NCBI RefSeq assembly: GCF_057098645.1
Contig: NZ_CM169472.1
Direction: 5' to 3' (one strand)
DNA: 64,000 nt
The first letter of the stretch is position 1; each line of letters starts with the position of its first letter. The notes below the pieces were generated by a model. The model was not told the origin of the DNA. It saw only the letters and a list, made by a program, of their open reading frames with translations, and did no database searches. This document shows, piece by piece, positions 60,113 through 64,000 of this stretch. The translations under genes and the position numbers were made by a program.

Positions 60113-60952
60113 TTAGCGCCCCCGAATACCATCAGCCAGACGTTTGCCGTTACGCACCGACAGCAGCGTCAGCAAAGTGCGCCAGGTCATACGTTTATTG
60201 CGGATCTGGTAGAGGGTAAACAGCTGATATTTTTTACTGGCACGGTCGAATTTGTCTTTGTGCTTGCGGTAAAAGTGGAAGTATCCGGAGAATTTTTTCG
60301 GTGACGAGGTGATCTGCATTTCACCGTGATTGATATGCAGGATCTGCGTCGCCTCTTCCACTTTCCACGGTTCGCCGTACTCCACCACCATCCGCAGGAA
60401 GATGTCGTAATCCTGTGCTGCTTTCAGTTCGGTATCGAACAAACACTCTTTGAAACGCCATGCCCAGGTAAAGACCTGATTGCCAATGATATTGCGTTTA
60501 TAGAACAGGCGGCGTGAGTACGGCGATTTGGGATACAGTGGTAAGCTTGCCGGTTGGGAATAAACTTCTCCCTGGCAAACGTAGTCGTTAGCGTACAAAA
60601 AGGCGTGTGTGACCAGTTGCTGTTTATGGGCGAGGAAGACGCTCAGGCGGTTGGGCGTCCATTCATCATCATCATCGATCCCGGTGATGTATTCCCCTTG
60701 CGCCAGCATAATCGCCTGGTTACGTACCGCGCACGCCCCGCTGTTAATGTCGTTGTGAATGTAGGTGATACGCGGATCGTTGAGGGCGGTGACGTACTGT
60801 TGCAGCTGTTCCCAGGAGGTGGAGCAATCATCCACGATGATCATCTCCCAGTTGCTGTAGTCCTGGCGCAAGACCGATTTTATCGCCCGAATCGCCAGTT
60901 GTTGGCGGTTCCAGGTCGGCATATAGATTGAGATCAGCGGATTGTCTTTCAT
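60113..60952 (-). CDS. wcaA: Colanic acid biosynthesis glycosyltransferase WcaA (GT2)
   Basis: 279-aa ORF. Confidence 0.9.
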   Translation of the reverse strand: MKDNPLISIYMPTWNRQQLAIRAIKSVLRQDYSNWEMIIVDDCSTSWEQLQQYVTALNDPRITYIHNDINSGACAVRNQAIMLAQGEYITGIDDDDEWTPNRLSVFLAHKQQLVTHAFLYANDYVCQGEVYSQPASLPLYPKSPYSRRLFYKRNIIGNQVFTWAWRFKECLFDTELKAAQDYDIFLRMVVEYGEPWKVEEATQILHINHGEMQITSSPKKFSGYFHFYRKHKDKFDRASKKYQLFTLYQIRNKRMTWRTLLTLLSVRNGKRLADGIRGR

Positions 60953-61004
60953 AGGTTGTTCTCCCGGAGTGTCGAGATGTTCTGCCGGTTTATAAGCTTG
61001 TTTA

Positions 61005-61125
61005 CGGGTTCTGTTGCCGGATGCGGCGTGAGCGCCTTATCCGGCCTACGGAGCTGGTTTGCTTGCCGGATGCGGCGTGAGCGTAGGTCGGATAAGATGC
61101 GTCAGCATCGCATCCGACAGCGGAT
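61005..61125. repeat. Cluster of REP palindromic units (BIME) between wcaA and wzc
   Basis: Repeated gccggatgcggcgtgagcgccttatccggcctac-type units. Confidence 0.8.
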
Positions 61126-61129
61126 GTCG

Positions 61130-63292
61130 TTATTTCGCATCCGACTTATATTCGTATTCGTAATAGCCATAATCCTGATACGCGCTGGCGCGGCGGAAGA
61201 TGGAGTTCAGAATCACCCCTTTCACCGGAATACCGTTTTGCTCAAAGCGGCTCAGACTGGTTTCCACTTCTTTCAATGTGTTGACCGCATAACGCGCCAC
61301 CATTAACGTGGTTCCAACATGACGACCAACAATTGCCGCATCGGTCACTGCCAGAATCGGCGGCGTATCAATCAACACCAGGTTATAGTTTTTACTCGCC
61401 CAGTTCACCAGTTCGGCAAAGCGTTCGCTCATCAACAGTTCAGAAGGATTTGGCGGTACCTGACCGCGCGGGATCAGGTCAAATTTGGCAATAGAGGTCG
61501 GTTTAGCAGCGGTAGTAATATCGCCCTGACCAATCAGAATTTCCGACAGGCCATTGACGTTATTAGTGCCCAACAGCTCGTGGGTGTAGCCTTTGCGCAT
61601 ATCGCAGTCGATCAACAACACCCGTTTATTGGTCTGACTGATCACCGCCGCCAGGTTGGCGCAGACAAAGGTTTTACCGATTGACGGGCTAACCCCTGTC
61701 ATCATCAACACATTGTTCTGCGCCTGCATCATCGCGAAGTGCAGACTGGTACGCAGACTGCGGATGGCTTCAATCGCCAGATCGGTTGGATTCCCCAACG
61801 CCAGTAGCTGGCTCTGCTTATAGCGTTTAACCCCTTTGATGGTTTTGACGCTATCGCGCGCTTTCTGCCACTCCGACAGCGGGATGCTGGCATAGACGCT
61901 GATACCGTGTTCTTCCAGCACCTGCGGGCTTTCGATGCCGCGATTAAACAACGAGCGCAGCAGCACACCCACGATAGAGAGCATCAGGCCAAGGATAATC
62001 GCGCCGAGGATAATCAGCCCTTTCTTCGGTTTTAGCACGCCAGGCTGGGTGATTGCCGGGTCAACAATGCGCACATCGCCGACGGTGCTGGCTTCGGTGA
62101 TTTTCAGCTCCTGCTCTTTATTCAGCAGTTGCATATAGACCTGCTGACCAGACTCGACATCGCGGGTCAGACGGACAATTTCCTGCTGGGTTTTCGGCAT
62201 CGCCGTTACGCGACCGTTAAGTTTGGCTTTTTCGTCTTCCAGCGCCTGCCGTTTCTCCAGCAGCGTGCGATACGCCGGGTGAACTTTGGTGTACAGCTTG
62301 GAGATTTCCGCTTCTTTAAAGGTCAGTTCGTTCAATTGTGCGTCGATGTTCACCATCGAATCGAGCACCGCTTTCGCTTCCAGCGGCAGATCAACAGAAT
62401 CTTGATCCTGACGGAAGGCATTCAGTTTGTTTTCGGCAACATCGAGGCGGCTACGTACTTCCGGTAACTGTTGCGCGAGGAAAGCGAGGCTTTTCGACGC
62501 TTCCGCCGATTTGCGCTCAATATTTTGTTCCTGATAGTTACGGGCGATGCTGTTAAGAATGTCGCGGATCTGTTCGCGATCTTCACCGGTATAAGTCAGG
62601 CTCAAAACGCCTGCGTCTTTGCCGTTCTCCGTTACCGTCAGGCTGTTTTGCAGTTGGTTGATCATCCCCAGCGTGGAGTATTTGGTGACGGTAAACTCAC
62701 TGCCCGGGCGGGCGTGAATAGCTTCAACCATCAGCGTGACGCCTTCTTTTGTCAGCATCTGGCCCGCTTGCCCACGGGCGCTAAAGCCGCCATCACTGCT
62801 CAGAGTGTAGTTTTTGTCATCCAGCACATTAAGCGTAAACACCTGGTCCGCCATCTCTTTCGGGCGGTTAAAGGTGGTCACTTTCACCGTCTCGTTCTGA
62901 CGTCCCATCAGGCGATCCCAACCCGCACCGAAAATCGGGAACGTGTTTTTGCTCACCGCAATATCGAGGTCTAGATCGTCCACCGTTTTACCAAGCACCA
63001 GACGCGAACGAATCAACTGGATCTCGGCATCCGATGCTGGCGGTTTATTGGCTAATGCCGATCCGATATCCTGCACTAACGAATTGCCGCTGCTTTGCTC
63101 GATTTGTACCAGTGCGTCGGCACTGTATATCGGCGTGGCGAAGAAGGTGTAAACCACAGCACAGAGGGCGAATACGGCGGTGATGCCAATCACCCACCAG
63201 CGCGCTTCAATGACGGTGCCGACCAGGCGACCAATATCGATTTCATCACTGCCCGTTACCGGAGCGGCATGTTGTTTTACTTTTTCTGTCAT
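61130..63292 (-). CDS. wzc: Tyrosine autokinase / polysaccharide co-polymerase Wzc
   Basis: ORF 61130..63328 trimmed to MTEKVKQHAAPVTGSDEIDIGRL; 720 aa; C-terminal Tyr-rich tail (YQDYGYYEYEYKSDAK). Confidence 0.95.
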   Translation of the reverse strand: MTEKVKQHAAPVTGSDEIDIGRLVGTVIEARWWVIGITAVFALCAVVYTFFATPIYSADALVQIEQSSGNSLVQDIGSALANKPPASDAEIQLIRSRLVLGKTVDDLDLDIAVSKNTFPIFGAGWDRLMGRQNETVKVTTFNRPKEMADQVFTLNVLDDKNYTLSSDGGFSARGQAGQMLTKEGVTLMVEAIHARPGSEFTVTKYSTLGMINQLQNSLTVTENGKDAGVLSLTYTGEDREQIRDILNSIARNYQEQNIERKSAEASKSLAFLAQQLPEVRSRLDVAENKLNAFRQDQDSVDLPLEAKAVLDSMVNIDAQLNELTFKEAEISKLYTKVHPAYRTLLEKRQALEDEKAKLNGRVTAMPKTQQEIVRLTRDVESGQQVYMQLLNKEQELKITEASTVGDVRIVDPAITQPGVLKPKKGLIILGAIILGLMLSIVGVLLRSLFNRGIESPQVLEEHGISVYASIPLSEWQKARDSVKTIKGVKRYKQSQLLALGNPTDLAIEAIRSLRTSLHFAMMQAQNNVLMMTGVSPSIGKTFVCANLAAVISQTNKRVLLIDCDMRKGYTHELLGTNNVNGLSEILIGQGDITTAAKPTSIAKFDLIPRGQVPPNPSELLMSERFAELVNWASKNYNLVLIDTPPILAVTDAAIVGRHVGTTLMVARYAVNTLKEVETSLSRFEQNGIPVKGVILNSIFRRASAYQDYGYYEYEYKSDAK

Positions 63293-63294
63293 TC

Positions 63295-63738
63295 TTATAC
63301 CTGCTCTGCGTTCAATGCCTGCGCCCACTGGCGGGCAGACCGTTCAAGTAATGTGTACACCGCTGCAAACGTTTCCCGGCTTTTGCGATACGGATCGGGG
63401 ATTTCACATTCGTTATCCCAGTGACCAAACAGCATCACTTTGCCGCGCATCTCAGGTGCCATCTCGCATAAGCGTTCGATATGGCGCTTTTCCATGGTCA
63501 AAATCAGGTCATAGTTGCGACACAGGCGGCGGCTGATTTGCCGTGCACAGTGACCTTCCAGAGACAGTTGATGTTCTGCGGCGACGCTGATAGCGGTAGG
63601 ATCAGCGCCCTTACCGACCAGCGCGCCGAGTCCAGCGGACTCCACTTTCAGTTCCGGGTGATAACGTTGCAGTAAGCGTTCCGCCGTCGGGGAACGGCAA
63701 ATATTGCCGACACAGACAACTAAGATGTTGTTAAACAT
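63295..63738 (-). CDS. wzb: Low-molecular-weight protein-tyrosine phosphatase Wzb
   Basis: 147-aa ORF with CVGNICRS catalytic loop. Confidence 0.95.
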   Translation of the reverse strand: MFNNILVVCVGNICRSPTAERLLQRYHPELKVESAGLGALVGKGADPTAISVAAEHQLSLEGHCARQISRRLCRNYDLILTMEKRHIERLCEMAPEMRGKVMLFGHWDNECEIPDPYRKSRETFAAVYTLLERSARQWAQALNAEQV

Positions 63739-63744
63739 GACGAT

Positions 63745-64000
63745 TACCAGTTATGAATGTCGCTGGCTGTATCCGTCATGTAACGGACACCGCTAATAGT
63801 TGGCAGCAACTGATTGATCAGACGGTTCCAGCGGGAAACCGGGGCGGTGGTGACATACACCACGTCATAAGGTTGCAGGCGGAATTCTGTCGCCATCACC
63901 AGCGACGTCGCATCGGACATATCCAGCTGGTAGATATTGGCAATCTTGCCATTACGCCCGCCCTCGCCTTTCAGCGGACGAATGACAAAGATGCCGCTGG
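63745..64000 (-). CDS. wza: Outer-membrane polysaccharide export lipoprotein Wza, 3' end only (gene runs past the window edge)
   Basis: Minus-strand frame ending ...HNW* at 63745, immediately upstream of wzb; partial. Confidence 0.8.

Overview
Enterobacterial (Escherichia coli-type) chromosomal window running from an IS2 copy through yeeX-yeeA-sbmC-dacD-sbcB-yeeDE-plaP-yeeYZ, the yefM-yoeB toxin-antitoxin pair, the complete histidine operon (hisL attenuator plus hisGDCBHAFI), wzzB-ugd-gnd, a 15-gene O-antigen locus, galF, an IS1 copy, and the colanic-acid (wca/cps) cluster through wzc, wzb and the 3' end of wza. The accessory content is the O-antigen locus (about 24.5-40.0 kb, all on the minus strand, visibly AT-rich by eye against ~50% GC flanks). 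It combines a sialic-acid module (neuD/B/A/C), wzx, wzy, an unclassified membrane protein, an amidotransferase trio with HisH/HisF-like subunits (wbuX/Y/Z), and the UDP-L-FucNAc pathway (fnlA/B/C, wbuB, wbuC), preceded by a JUMPstart/ops element. This gene order matches what I recall for the O145-type cluster, but that is recollection, not a database hit. I did not find a clearly undescribed system; the least-explained gene is the 418-aa ORF at 31978-33234 (candidate sialyltransferase). Two IS events are readable directly: IS1 inserted in-frame into the 3' end of wcaM with a perfect 9-bp target duplication, and an IS2 with no target duplication and a 25-bp tandem copy of its terminus. Gene calls rest on the supplied ORF track plus recognition of well-known protein families; start codons were adjusted by eye where the ORF track over-extends.
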